The translations under genes and the position numbers were made by a program. A DNA stretch of 20,000 nt from Catajapyx aquilonaris (taxonomy: Eukaryota): assembly GCA_000934665.2 (NCBI GenBank), contig KZ537960.1, positions 235,941 through 255,940 on the forward strand, given 5' to 3'. Positions 11,628 through 20,000 of the stretch are shown in pieces. Positions within the stretch are counted from its first letter, which is position 1. Each line of letters begins with the position of its first letter. Under the pieces are notes generated by a model, which was not told the DNA's origin, searched no databases, and was given only the letters and a program-made list of their open reading frames with translations.

Positions 11628-11958
11628 CAATAGTCCTATTGTCAAGTAATTCACTAGTCAATTTAAAATGAACCGAATGGGCCACATTACTATCTTCTCG
11701 AATTACAGTAGTAGCCAGTCCGGCGTGGAATTCCGTCCGCGACATAGCCCTTTGAAGAGTAAGCCATTACTAACGCCATAGCCTTTGCAACATATCCCAA
11801 CCGCAGACTTGCGAAAGCCGAAAGGAAATCTATAACGCTTTGTCTGCACGTCACATAAAGCTGCGTAACTCGCCTCACATACATCAAAAATGGGTGTTTG
11901 GGTCAAGTTGACATCCTGTGGTTTCTTGCAAATGTCAGCCAACACCTTCCATTTGCAG

Positions 11959-12571
11959 GTTATGGTCGGGTCGGGCCCAGATCGGCATTGGGCAAGGCCA
12001 TCACTGTGGTCTACGCGGTGCTGGGAATTCCTTTGATGCTTCTGTACCTGTCATCAGTCGGCGCCCTTTTGGCACGCTGCGCCAGGCTGTTCTGCTCCCG
12101 GGCCTGCTTGTCCCGACGCTCGCGACAACGACGCCCGGACGTCAAGAGCGCCCTGGCAGCAGCCGCTGCAGCATCCCGACCCGGCAATGAACCTTTCTAC
12201 CTGCGCGCATCGTTGCACAACAGCTTACCGGATGGGGACATCAGCAGGGAGAAGCTGGCTCTAGATGATGGTGACCTTAAGGACAGCTGCGGAACACCAG
12301 TCACCATGACGCCGTCGACGCCTCTCGACGCCTCCAGACGGATGCTGGCCGTGGCCTCTGCGGCTGCGGCGGCCAGTTCATCCGGATCCCTGCTGCTGCC
12401 GGCCGTGGTCTGCGCCGCTGCCATGGCCGGCTACCTGCTTCTTGGAGCGGTGGTGCTGGCTCGGTGGGAAGCCTGGGACTTCCTAGAACGAGCCTACTTT
12501 TGCTTCATGGCTCTCAGCACCATTGGATTTGGAGACCTGCTGCCAGGGGACTTGCCATTGCCTCCCACCAG
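11959..12571 (+). CDS. K2P (two-pore-domain, TWK/KCNK-like) potassium channel, internal exon: end of P1, M2, M2-M3 loop, M3, P2
   Basis: Acceptor ccttccatttgcAG at 11957-11958 splits the Gly codon (phase 1). Translation reads (G)[34 protein letters not shown] (P1 GYG plus M2 with the GIP motif), then a hydrophobic M3, then [28 protein letters not shown] (P2 filter TIGFGD). Donor AG|GTAAAG at 12571/12572. The ORF-track N-terminus (11898-11957) is intronic. Confidence 0.95.
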
Positions 12572-12631
12572 GTAAAGCACTCCACTAAAGATTTTTTGGG
12601 GACATACAGAGGTCGTGTTTTCTCACTACAG
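12572..12631 (+). other. 60-nt phase-2 GT-AG intron of the K2P gene
   Basis: GTAAAG...gttttctcactacAG. Splicing joins AG+G (Arg) and links PPT-R-QVLEG in frame, removing the TAA at 12573-12575. Confidence 0.9.
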
Positions 12632-12968
12632 GCAAGTACTGGAGGGCAGCCACAACATGAGCACCATGGTGATACGCGTGCCGATGGGTGGCCCCAGCAC
12701 ACCCGGATCCGGAAGTGCGGAGTGGTTTTGTTCCTTCTACATCCTCCTGGGCATGGCCCTCACCGCCATGTGCTTCAACATCTGCCACGAAGAGCTGGCC
12801 CATCGGGCTGCCAGTGCGGCGGCAGCTTCTTCAGCAGCCGCAGCAGCCGCCGCCGCCGCCGCAGCCGCCGCGGCCCAGCAGTCCTCCAGAATGCTGGCCG
12901 CCACCGCCCGAGGCCCTCCACCTCCTCCGCCCATGGTCACCCGGCGTCCAGACGACTCCTACTCCTGA
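12632..12968 (+). CDS. K2P potassium channel, last coding exon: P2-M4 linker, M4, Ala/Pro-rich C-tail
   Basis: WFCSFYILLGMALTAMCFNICHEEL is a typical K2P M4 helix. A 14-Ala tract lies at 12834-12875. TGA at 12966-12968. Confidence 0.92.
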
Positions 12969-13070
12969 CCCATGCGCAACCTGACCCAAGAGACCCTCTG
13001 TCCACCCCTAGTCTCCGACGTATCGCCCCGAAGACATCTCAATGACGACGAGGCCAACACCGGGGTGTGA
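12969..13070 (+). other. Candidate stop-codon readthrough extension (33 aa) of the K2P channel
   Basis: TGA-C context, then in frame PMRNLTQETLCPPLVSDVSPRRHLNDDEANTGV and TGA at 13068-13070. About 61% GC by hand count versus about 41% in the next 100 nt. Confidence 0.45.
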
Positions 13071-14037
13071 CTTTCAACGGACAAATCTGTACGAATTTAT
13101 TACATTTATACTTGAGCGACTCCATCCGTCTGATTCGCTCAACATTACCACGACGTTGTCAACTAACTGGTGGCGGAACTTCTTGGATGTGAAATTTTTC
13201 CTACTTTAATATTCGCCAACTACCTCCCAGTTGCTTGTGGTGAGTACAAATCGCCGTGAGACACCATCCTTGATCCCTACCGGCCGGCCACAGTCGCAGA
13301 GGCGCCACCTATATACACCTTACTGGGAACATCCCTGGAAGACAGGCCGACCTGAGGGCTTAAGGAAAGGGATTAGGCCACGCAACGGTTAGCAATGAGG
13401 TAGCCGGGTTTTGCGATATGCGGTCGCACCCCTTCCGAAACCTCCCGGGAATGATGAGATGAGATGAGATTGGATGAAGCCAACCTAATTCCTCCTCTTC
13501 CCCTTCTGGAAATTGCGGATTCGATTGTGGCGAGCAGGATGATGAGAGGAAGGGTCGATACTCGAAGACGCTTCCTTGGTAGAGGTGGTTGTAGTGGTAG
13601 TGGTGTGGTGGTGGTCTTCTGCTTCCCCAGCACGATCAATGTCAGTGAGAAAGAAACGGTGAACTAAGAGGAGGATAGGGAGGGTTGGTTGTTGACGTCC
13701 TCCTCAATCACTATCTTGAAACCTGCCGACGGGTACTCTTTCCGACCACATGAATCAGCTCTGTCAAACGGAGACAGCCGCCCGCCAGAAGACTTATACC
13801 AGACGCCTAATGTCACTTTGACTTTGCTCATGTGTTGGTGCTGGATGTGAATGAGTGACTGCAATGCGACAGGCATGTGAATGAATGAGTGCGTCAGATG
13901 CGTCAGGATAATCGCCTCGTCGTGGATTTCATGTCTTGTCCTATTTCTTTTCTGGTGCTTTCGTTTTTCACGGTGCAGTGTTTTTTGAGATTCGTTTCAT
14001 TTTCTTGTTGTACGTCTTATACCAGTAGTTATCGTCC

Positions 14038-14105
14038 AATAAAATCATTAGATACAGATGGTTGTGTGGAATAAAAATGTGTCACTTGTACTTGTGATAT
14101 TTGTG
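14038..14105 (+). terminator. Probable polyadenylation signals of the K2P gene
   Basis: AATAAA at 14038-14043 and 14070-14075, followed by GT/T-rich sequence (gtgtcacttgtacttgtgatatttgtg) and preceded by T-rich UTR-like sequence. Confidence 0.6.
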
Positions 14106-14120
14106 AGCGTTGACCTCCTC

Positions 14121-14194
14121 AGGCCTGGAGCCGGGCCGTCTCACGACTAACTAGAAAAGAGCAGGTCCACACCTAGTGGCCTGCCCTCTAGTGA
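14121..14194 (+). mobile_element. One end of the GGCCGTCTCACGACTA TIR family
   Basis: Exact GGCCGTCTCACGACTAA at 14134-14150, shared with 19177-19193. Downstream aggtcca..ctag..cctgccNtctaNtg is also shared. No partner end was found. Confidence 0.65.
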
Positions 14195-14689
14195 AGAGTG
14201 TCACATATTGAATGGTTGATTCTGGTTGCGAAGCACGTGTGACAATCAGGTACTACCCTATTTACGTCAACAACTCTGGGCAGTTCTATACATTTGAAGC
14301 AATCATCAGGCAACATGTGGATTTAACGTCGCCACAGGCCAGCACGTTACGACGTTATGGTCCTACATAATTATTCAGGCCAGGATTCCCTCGGGGAAAG
14401 TGGGTGACTGTACAGGACAGTACAGTACATCATCAGTAATAAATATATAACGCCGTGAAGTGCCTCTGGCGTGCAAATCAAATTCACATGATGAGGCAGT
14501 GAGTAACCAAGCGATAAGAAATAAATTATGCGATTATCCAACCACGTTACTTTCATTATTAAAGCTCTCATTAGAAACAGTGTTTCTTCTAAAAAAAACT
14601 TGGCATTAAAGAGAATATTTGATCCAGGGCAAGTTTCGCACAGTGCATACATCGTCATGTATTTAAGTAACGTCGGAAGCCATTAGTCA

Positions 14690-15190
14690 GTGAGGATGAC
14701 TAGGAATGTGAGGAACTTCTAAAGTACATTGGCTCTTGCCTCTTCCTCGTTTCCCATTCAATCCAGATGTCATTCTCACAGGACTACTGTACCGGAGCCG
14801 CGTATTTCTGATTTTCATTTCACTCTCTCGGAGTCGAAATTACTTTTTGTCTGTTTTCCTACCACCCCCACCCTACCCCCGTTCTCAGAGTTTGACAAGC
14901 ACTTTACTTCAGGACACATATTTCGCAGCCAGCTCGAGCTCAAAAACTACTTTGGCCCTATTTCAAAGCAGCAGCTTTATTATTTTGTTAACTCATTCTT
15001 TCCTGAACTTGTAGAAATGTCACTATAGCATATTGGAATTGTCTCTTCCCATCAACATATTCACAAGGGTAATCCTCCCCCCAAACTTCATGGGCCAACT
15101 TTCAAACTATTGGTGACTAGCATTATGAGCTCCTGATGGAAAAGTATGGCGGCAGTGTAGCACAAAGAGACTTTTACTGACTTGATCCCC
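14690..15190 (+). mobile_element. Possible highly decayed LINE endonuclease fragment
   Basis: MTRNVRNF (14696; cf. T.NVR.L), FNPDVILT (14757; cf. PD+I.+TETW), LLFVCF/YHPH (cf. Y.PP) and VAQRDFY*LD (cf. GDFN) occur in the expected order but in different frames. Confidence 0.3.
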
Positions 15191-18107
15191 GCAGCTGCTG
15201 GCCATGGATTGGTCCATAGGGTCGATGGATAGATGGACGCATAGCCTCCATCAGTCTACACAAAGCTGGTCGACCGGACTTACTCATCCGTCTTCATATG
15301 CCGATAGCCCCTTTCGCCCTATCCTTTTCCATTTCCTTCATTCCCTAGCCAAATGGTCAGACCCCGTTCTGAATATAAACTGGTTCCAAGATGGGTACTC
15401 ATCAAGCGTTTAATTCATTCATGAGCTAATTACTTAGACGTGCCAAAATTGATATAAAAAAGGACACCTTTCATTTTTCAAGCGCCTGAGTGTTTTTAAT
15501 TGCTAATTCATCAGATGCGGGTTGGCGACAAGGCGTCGAAGGCGTCGTGCCTCATTTTTCATCCAGCTTCTTACCTCCAACAGCTCCCTTAGGAATTGCA
15601 ATGTGTCCAAAAAAAATCCGTATGATTTAACCATATAGTCGTAATGGAATTGTCATGTTCATTGCGATATAATGTGTGATATATGGCGGCTTCTTTTTTT
15701 AGAGATGCATTTTTTTTAAAGCGGGGAACCGATTGAAAATGTGCATAGTCAAAGCTAATCAATCTGCAAAATTAATGTGTGGTTGGTCAATCGGAATGGT
15801 GCATCAAATCAGAACAAAATTTGAACCCTGCTGCATCGAAAATATGGGGTCCCCCCCAAAAAAATTTGATCATATGGTGGAAATGTTCAAGATCAATGTT
15901 CAATCTTGAAAGCTGCTTTCGCGCAGAGTCGAGAAAATATATGCGGCCCATTTTTGCTAAAGTTGTATAAAAAAGTGGGAAAACACTTGGCTGTAGTGCA
16001 TCGTATCTTTTTCCGAATGCACTCTCCAGCGTCCATGACAGTGAGAGAATATGCTGGGAATTTCTTGCCAAAAAAAAAGGAGTGGAAACCCTGCATTTTT
16101 ATTGAGATTCATCCATTCAGAAAAGGGCAATATTCGACAAAAGTTATATCTGAATAACAGCGCTGACATTTTTTGCTAGTGTTTTAATATATAAAAATTA
16201 TTACATAGAAGTTACACATCAAGATGCAATACAGTGAGAGACTACTCCTGTAGACTTAATTTGCAAGACTTACCCCCACCTAAATCCAATCCGCTTTCCA
16301 ACCGACTTTGCACTTTCACTTCAGCGTCACCTTTTTGATGAATCTTTCAGTAAGACGGTCCTATCTTGCATTTCAAATAGGTAGGCTCACTGCAGATCCT
16401 CACCAATCACACAGCCTCAACCACAAGAACCATTACAAAAAATGGCAAAAAAATTGTCCAATATTAATTTCTAGAGTTATCGCCTAAGCCACAAGTAACT
16501 TTTAGAAAGAGACAAAAAAGTTGGCAAAATTTTTTTTTCCAGTTGAATATTTCCCAACTGCGCCAACTTTTGGCTGCCAAGTCGCTTTGAAGGCCGTGTG
16601 GACTAGTTACGAGGGTCATAGAACTTTTTCAACAATATTTATGATTGGCATGACGATCGGTGCCTCGCAGCAGGCGGCATTGATCCTTTGGAAGCCACAT
16701 TGATGTGCAAAATGCATCAGTCCGTGGGAGTCATATTGATGAGTATGCATTGAATGGCCCTCGCTTGTAAAGTATGAAACTTGCTCAAATATAGGACCCA
16801 GGCTCGTCTCAACTGCCTATTTTTTGGGGGGAGGCACTTGGTGATAGTGAGGGAGTCATAAGGCATGCCTAATTGTGACAAAACGAGGATAAATTATTTA
16901 AAAAATTTAAATACAATTTGTGTGTTAGACATATTAGGATTACAGTACTAATATAATAATTTTAAAATACTTTAACAGGTTTTGATCACACCAAATATTT
17001 TAATAGTCAGATAATTTTGTACAGCAGCAAGCCAAATTATGCATGGCAATATCCCTTAAACTTTTAAAGGGTTAATCCGTAGTGTGCAACCTTTCACTTT
17101 CATTGAAGCTCGGCTTTTAAAAAATTAATTAGTTAATTATAGCTAACAGGTAAGGCAATCCGACATATATCTATAGAGTAATAAACTATTGGACATTTCA
17201 AAGCCTGCTGCAGCCTACATAATTATTATTACTACGAAATACTGCCTTTCCTACATAAGTTAATTTGACTGTAGAATTGTACTAATGTACAGGTCCACAA
17301 TTTAATTCCAACCTTGTGCAGTGCCATACTGTATTAACACCCTATATTACAGCCTATACTCTTTTTTCAGCAGACACTCACGTATGAAATAAAAATCAGC
17401 CAAGAGGGCAGGCAGGTTATGTCAATACATTACCGTGAGAGTAATAACGCAGTAGACCTGAAGGGACCTGTTAGCTCGTCACCGTACTGCCTAATATTAC
17501 TATATTTTTGCTGCATAATTTGAACGAGGCTGCTCTGCAAAATGCATTATACAGAATACAAGCTCCAACCCAAATTACATGCGTATACTGCCTCCCGCAA
17601 AATGTACTGTATGACACTCATAAATTACGCATCTGATTACTAATGACTTTAAGTTCGTTGCTACCTGTAATCAAATGCCCATCACCCAATGCGTAATATC
17701 CATGCACCACATTAGTATACAGAATAGTCCCTTCCTTTTTATCTAGGCAAAAAAGCCCTGGCAATTTTTCCCTTTTCATCCTTTAACTCCTTTTCTTCCA
17801 TTTTCTTCCATCTCCTGCTGCACTCACTTCCAGGACTTCATTCCGAGTGTGTAACGAGAACTTCGTGTCCCAAGGAATGCAGAATTCAAGCCCCCACGTG
17901 ACTTATTTATACCGGAGCCCTTCTCGTCAGGTTTGTTCTGGGAAGCGCTTTTTTTTTGCACTCCAACTGCTCTTTTTCTCCTCTATACTGTATGTAAGGC
18001 TCGTATAGGGTTCTGTCTCTGCTATTTGCCTTCCTTTACGGGCCTAAATAAGGTGGGTTTCAAGTCATGTTGTCACATGTTGTCCTGTACACTATAGGTC
18101 AGAGAGT

Positions 18108-18226
18108 TGTGCTTAGGTTGTGTACAGGTGTGTATAGGTAGTGTATAGGTGTGCATAGGTAGTGTATAGGTGTGCATAGGTAGTGTATAGGTGTGCTTAG
18201 GGTGTGTATAGGTGTGCATAGGTTGT
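18108..18226. repeat. Minisatellite: 10/11-nt monomer GTGYATAGGT(A) forming a 21-nt higher-order unit
   Basis: gtgtataggt-gtgcataggt-a is repeated. It explains the (PMHTYTL)n pseudo-ORF on the minus strand. Confidence 0.9.
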
Positions 18227-18229
18227 GGA

Positions 18230-18484
18230 TAGTTTAAAAAAAAATTAAACTGAGAGTCGAAATTGAACGAGCTCATTCGAGCAATTCACTCGAGTGCTAT
18301 TTACTCATATTGAGTGGTTTGGAGTAATCAAGTCAAATTGTGTGAATGGAAATAGCGTTGAAATGGGAATCCGTTCAATTTGGGCTGTCCCATTCAGTAG
18401 GAGTTATTTTAAGCCCAATATATCGGTAAGCTAGTTATACTATCCACTCATTGTGTGAAACTTGACTATGAGGGTTTAAGAGTG
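18230..18484. mobile_element. Possible CACTA/EnSpm-type non-autonomous remnant
   Basis: The right end tttaagAGTG (18474-18484) is CACTCTTAAA on the minus strand. Multiple internal ACTC/GAGT motifs and two copies of attgtgtgaa. The left TIR is not recognisable. Confidence 0.25.
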
Positions 18485-18659
18485 TTGGAACCAACAGGGT
18501 GCAGTTTTATTTCAGACACCGGACAGACACCTTCAAGTTTGTATATTTTGTCATGCAGAAAACACAGGCGTGGAACAAAAAATTAGCATTTTTCTCAGCG
18601 GGCTCTTGCTTTTTTTTGCGAAAAATTTTTTTGCGACGAGTTTTGACGCTCGAGTGCAA

Positions 18660-18970
18660 GATATAGGACCATGGGTTCTGTTCCCAACCAAGACCTTGGC
18701 TTGGTATCAAATATTCAGCAGTTTCTTTTGCAGCACTACCGCACACTCCAAAGCCCACTTTTCATACCTCTCTCATTAAAAACACTCCACATTGTAATGT
18801 ATGCAGTAAAAAAAATCTCAAACCGCAAGCACATAGCCTTGTAGACATACGATGCAGTAATGGATGTGGACTCGATACTTTTGTTGTCGCAGTGTGCCTT
18901 GAATTTCAGAACCAACAACCAGGATGTTGCCAGCCAACCGTGATATATAATCCGGATTGATGTGCGCATA
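18660..18970 (-). mobile_element. Decayed LINE ORF2 region C-terminal to the RT domain
   Basis: AHI..DYISR, then YVYKAMCL, FYCI/TMWS, and ALECAVVLQKKLLNI*...NRTHGPI. This matches the order HI.YI ... +Y.A...L.YC..VW ... L..LQK+.+RI ... H..P known from L2/CR1-group ORF2. Confidence 0.5.
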
Positions 18971-19163
18971 AAAACGTCAATATTATTGTTTGCTGTAGCG
19001 AGAGGAAGGGAAATGTTACAGAGCAATCCACTTTCACAAAAAACAATAACACAGTACCATAATGTACCTCAGTGCAGTTCTCTACTTGAAATCCAGGATT
19101 TTACAGTGCCTTGATGTAAAAGGTTCATGCCTACTATTTTTCACTATCATATTAGGCATCAAC

Positions 19164-19308
19164 TAGCCTCGCTCAAGGCCGTCTCACGACTAATTCAACT
19201 TCAACCCTCTTCCTAGGTCCATCACTAGACACCCCTGCCATCTACTGGGGGCATGCCATCATCTTGCTATCTTCGCAGGAACATCCGATGAGATGACCTC
19301 GCAGACTA
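19164..19308. mobile_element. 145-bp TAG...CTA miniature element (Academ-like termini), GGCCGTCTCACGACTA family
   Basis: Left end TAGCCTCGCTCAAGGCCGTCTCAC. Degenerate right end atgagatgacctcgcagaCTA. Flanks aac / gac are a candidate 3-bp TSD with one mismatch. Confidence 0.55.
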
Positions 19309-19410
19309 GACGGAGGAGTTGACTAGTGGTCATTAGCCAGTCACCTGTCACATTAATTCTTGCCAATAAACAACATTAACAGCTTCAGTCTACCTGTCCA
19401 ATGTCCAGTG

Positions 19411-19491
19411 TGGGGCGGGAGGGAGGGAGAGAGAGGAGAGAGAAAGAGAGAGAAGAAAGACGGGAGACAAGACAGAGAGGGGGAAAGAGGG
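19411..19491 (+). repeat. GA-rich low-complexity (polypurine) tract
   Basis: ggggcgggagggagggagagagaggagagagaaagagagagaagaaaga... Confidence 0.85.
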
Positions 19492-19688
19492 GTTTTGAAG
19501 GTGAACACTATTCAATGAGCNCCCAATCGTCAGTGTTTCTTTCTTTTCATTGGTTTTGCACTGTCATGGAGTTTTATGCAGAGAAAAACATGTCAATTAT
19601 TCTTTCAAGTCATTATTAGCCCAACTTGAAGTGATGGCGCCCTTTCTTTACGTCAAGTACATGTTGGAGAGAGTGTCAGTATCGAGGT

Positions 19689-19752
19689 GGCGCAGTGGTC
19701 CAGTGGCTAAGGCGCTATCTTCGTAACCTGAAGGTTGAAGGATCGAATCCTG
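19689..19752 (+). pseudogene. tRNA-Thr(CGT)-like pseudogene or tRNA-derived SINE head
   Basis: GGCGCAGTGGTCCAGTGGCTAAGGCG...TT-CGT-AA...GGATCGAATCC. A box at 19696-19706, loop triplet CGT at 19722-19724, B box at 19740-19750. The anticodon and acceptor stems do not pair. T5 at 19771-19775. Confidence 0.7.
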
Positions 19753-19888
19753 AAAGAAAGACATCGTTTCTTTTTATCGTTATGGACCTTTTTCGCTGTT
19801 ACTTCATCTCTCATTTCACATTTATTTCTCTTTGAAGTGCATCTGGTAAATAGGCTAGACCCTTCCAACACCCACACTCTCGTTGCAG

Positions 19889-19960
19889 CATAGCGTGGCT
19901 GTGTGGTAACGCATCAGACTCTCAATCGGGAGATGTGGGTTCAAATCCCGAATCTCCACG
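19889..19960 (+). pseudogene. Second tRNA-like pseudogene or SINE head (loop triplet CTC)
   Basis: A box TGGCTGTGTGG at 19896-19906, tcaga-CTCTCAA-tcggg imperfect anticodon arm, B box GGTTCAAATCC at 19938-19948. No intact acceptor stem. Confidence 0.65.
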
Positions 19961-20000
19961 GTTGATGAGTCAGGAAAAAAATTTGCAGCCGTCATCTCTG

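Noticed and set aside
11898..11958. N-terminus of the 225-aa ORF as a true start
   Set aside because: TTG start within intron sequence. A good acceptor sits exactly at the GYG filter, and M1/P1 are missing.
12966..12968. TGA as a selenocysteine codon
   Set aside because: No SECIS element was recognised in the UTR by eye, and K2P channels are not known selenoproteins.
12464..13045. 193-aa overlapping + ORF that reads through the 60-nt intron
   Set aside because: Alternative-frame shadow of GC-rich, Ala-codon-rich coding sequence. The product is R/P/H/S-rich with no domain.
13373..13876. Short ORFs on both strands downstream of the channel
   Set aside because: No recognisable domain or splice structure, and they lie within the inferred 3'UTR before the AATAAA signals.
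15200..15400. Tc1/mariner motifs GRWI...PDL and WFQDG
   Set aside because: The motifs are in the wrong order relative to WFQQDGA...GRWIG...SPDL and in different frames.
15716..17075. TTAA-type transposon ends (ttaaagcgggg at about 15716, aaagggttaa at 17066-17075) and a nested hairpin at 16516-16571
   Set aside because: The ends do not match each other as TIRs and no partner ends were found. Probably TE debris, but it cannot be delimited.
18073..18276. ORF with PMHTYTL repeats
   Set aside because: A by-product of the 21-nt minisatellite.
19689..19960. Functional tRNA-Thr and tRNA-Glu genes
   Set aside because: The acceptor stems do not form, and the anticodon and T stems contain mismatches.

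Overview
Eukaryotic genomic DNA, probably arthropod (inferred from an interstitial (TTAGG)n tract and the gene style). The only intact gene is the 3' half of a two-pore-domain (K2P/TWK/KCNK-type) potassium channel on the + strand. It has two exons (11959-12571 and 12632-12968) separated by a 60-nt intron, a 3'UTR of about 1.1 kb, and poly(A) signals near 14038 and 14070. No upstream M1/P1 exon was recognised, so 1-11958 is read as one very large intron. That intron and the 3' flank are full of decayed transposons: three hAT transposase fragments, LINE endonuclease and ORF2 relics, a possible Polinton minor-capsid relic, a small TIR element family (3 copies) associated with CTCF-like motifs, and two tRNA-derived Pol III heads 200 bp apart. 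The most interesting signal is the channel stop codon: a UGA-C followed by a GC-rich 33-codon in-frame extension ending in a class I PDZ-type motif (-T-G-V*), which makes it a stop-codon readthrough candidate. All TE relic calls come from manual motif reading across stops and frameshifts, not from database searches.
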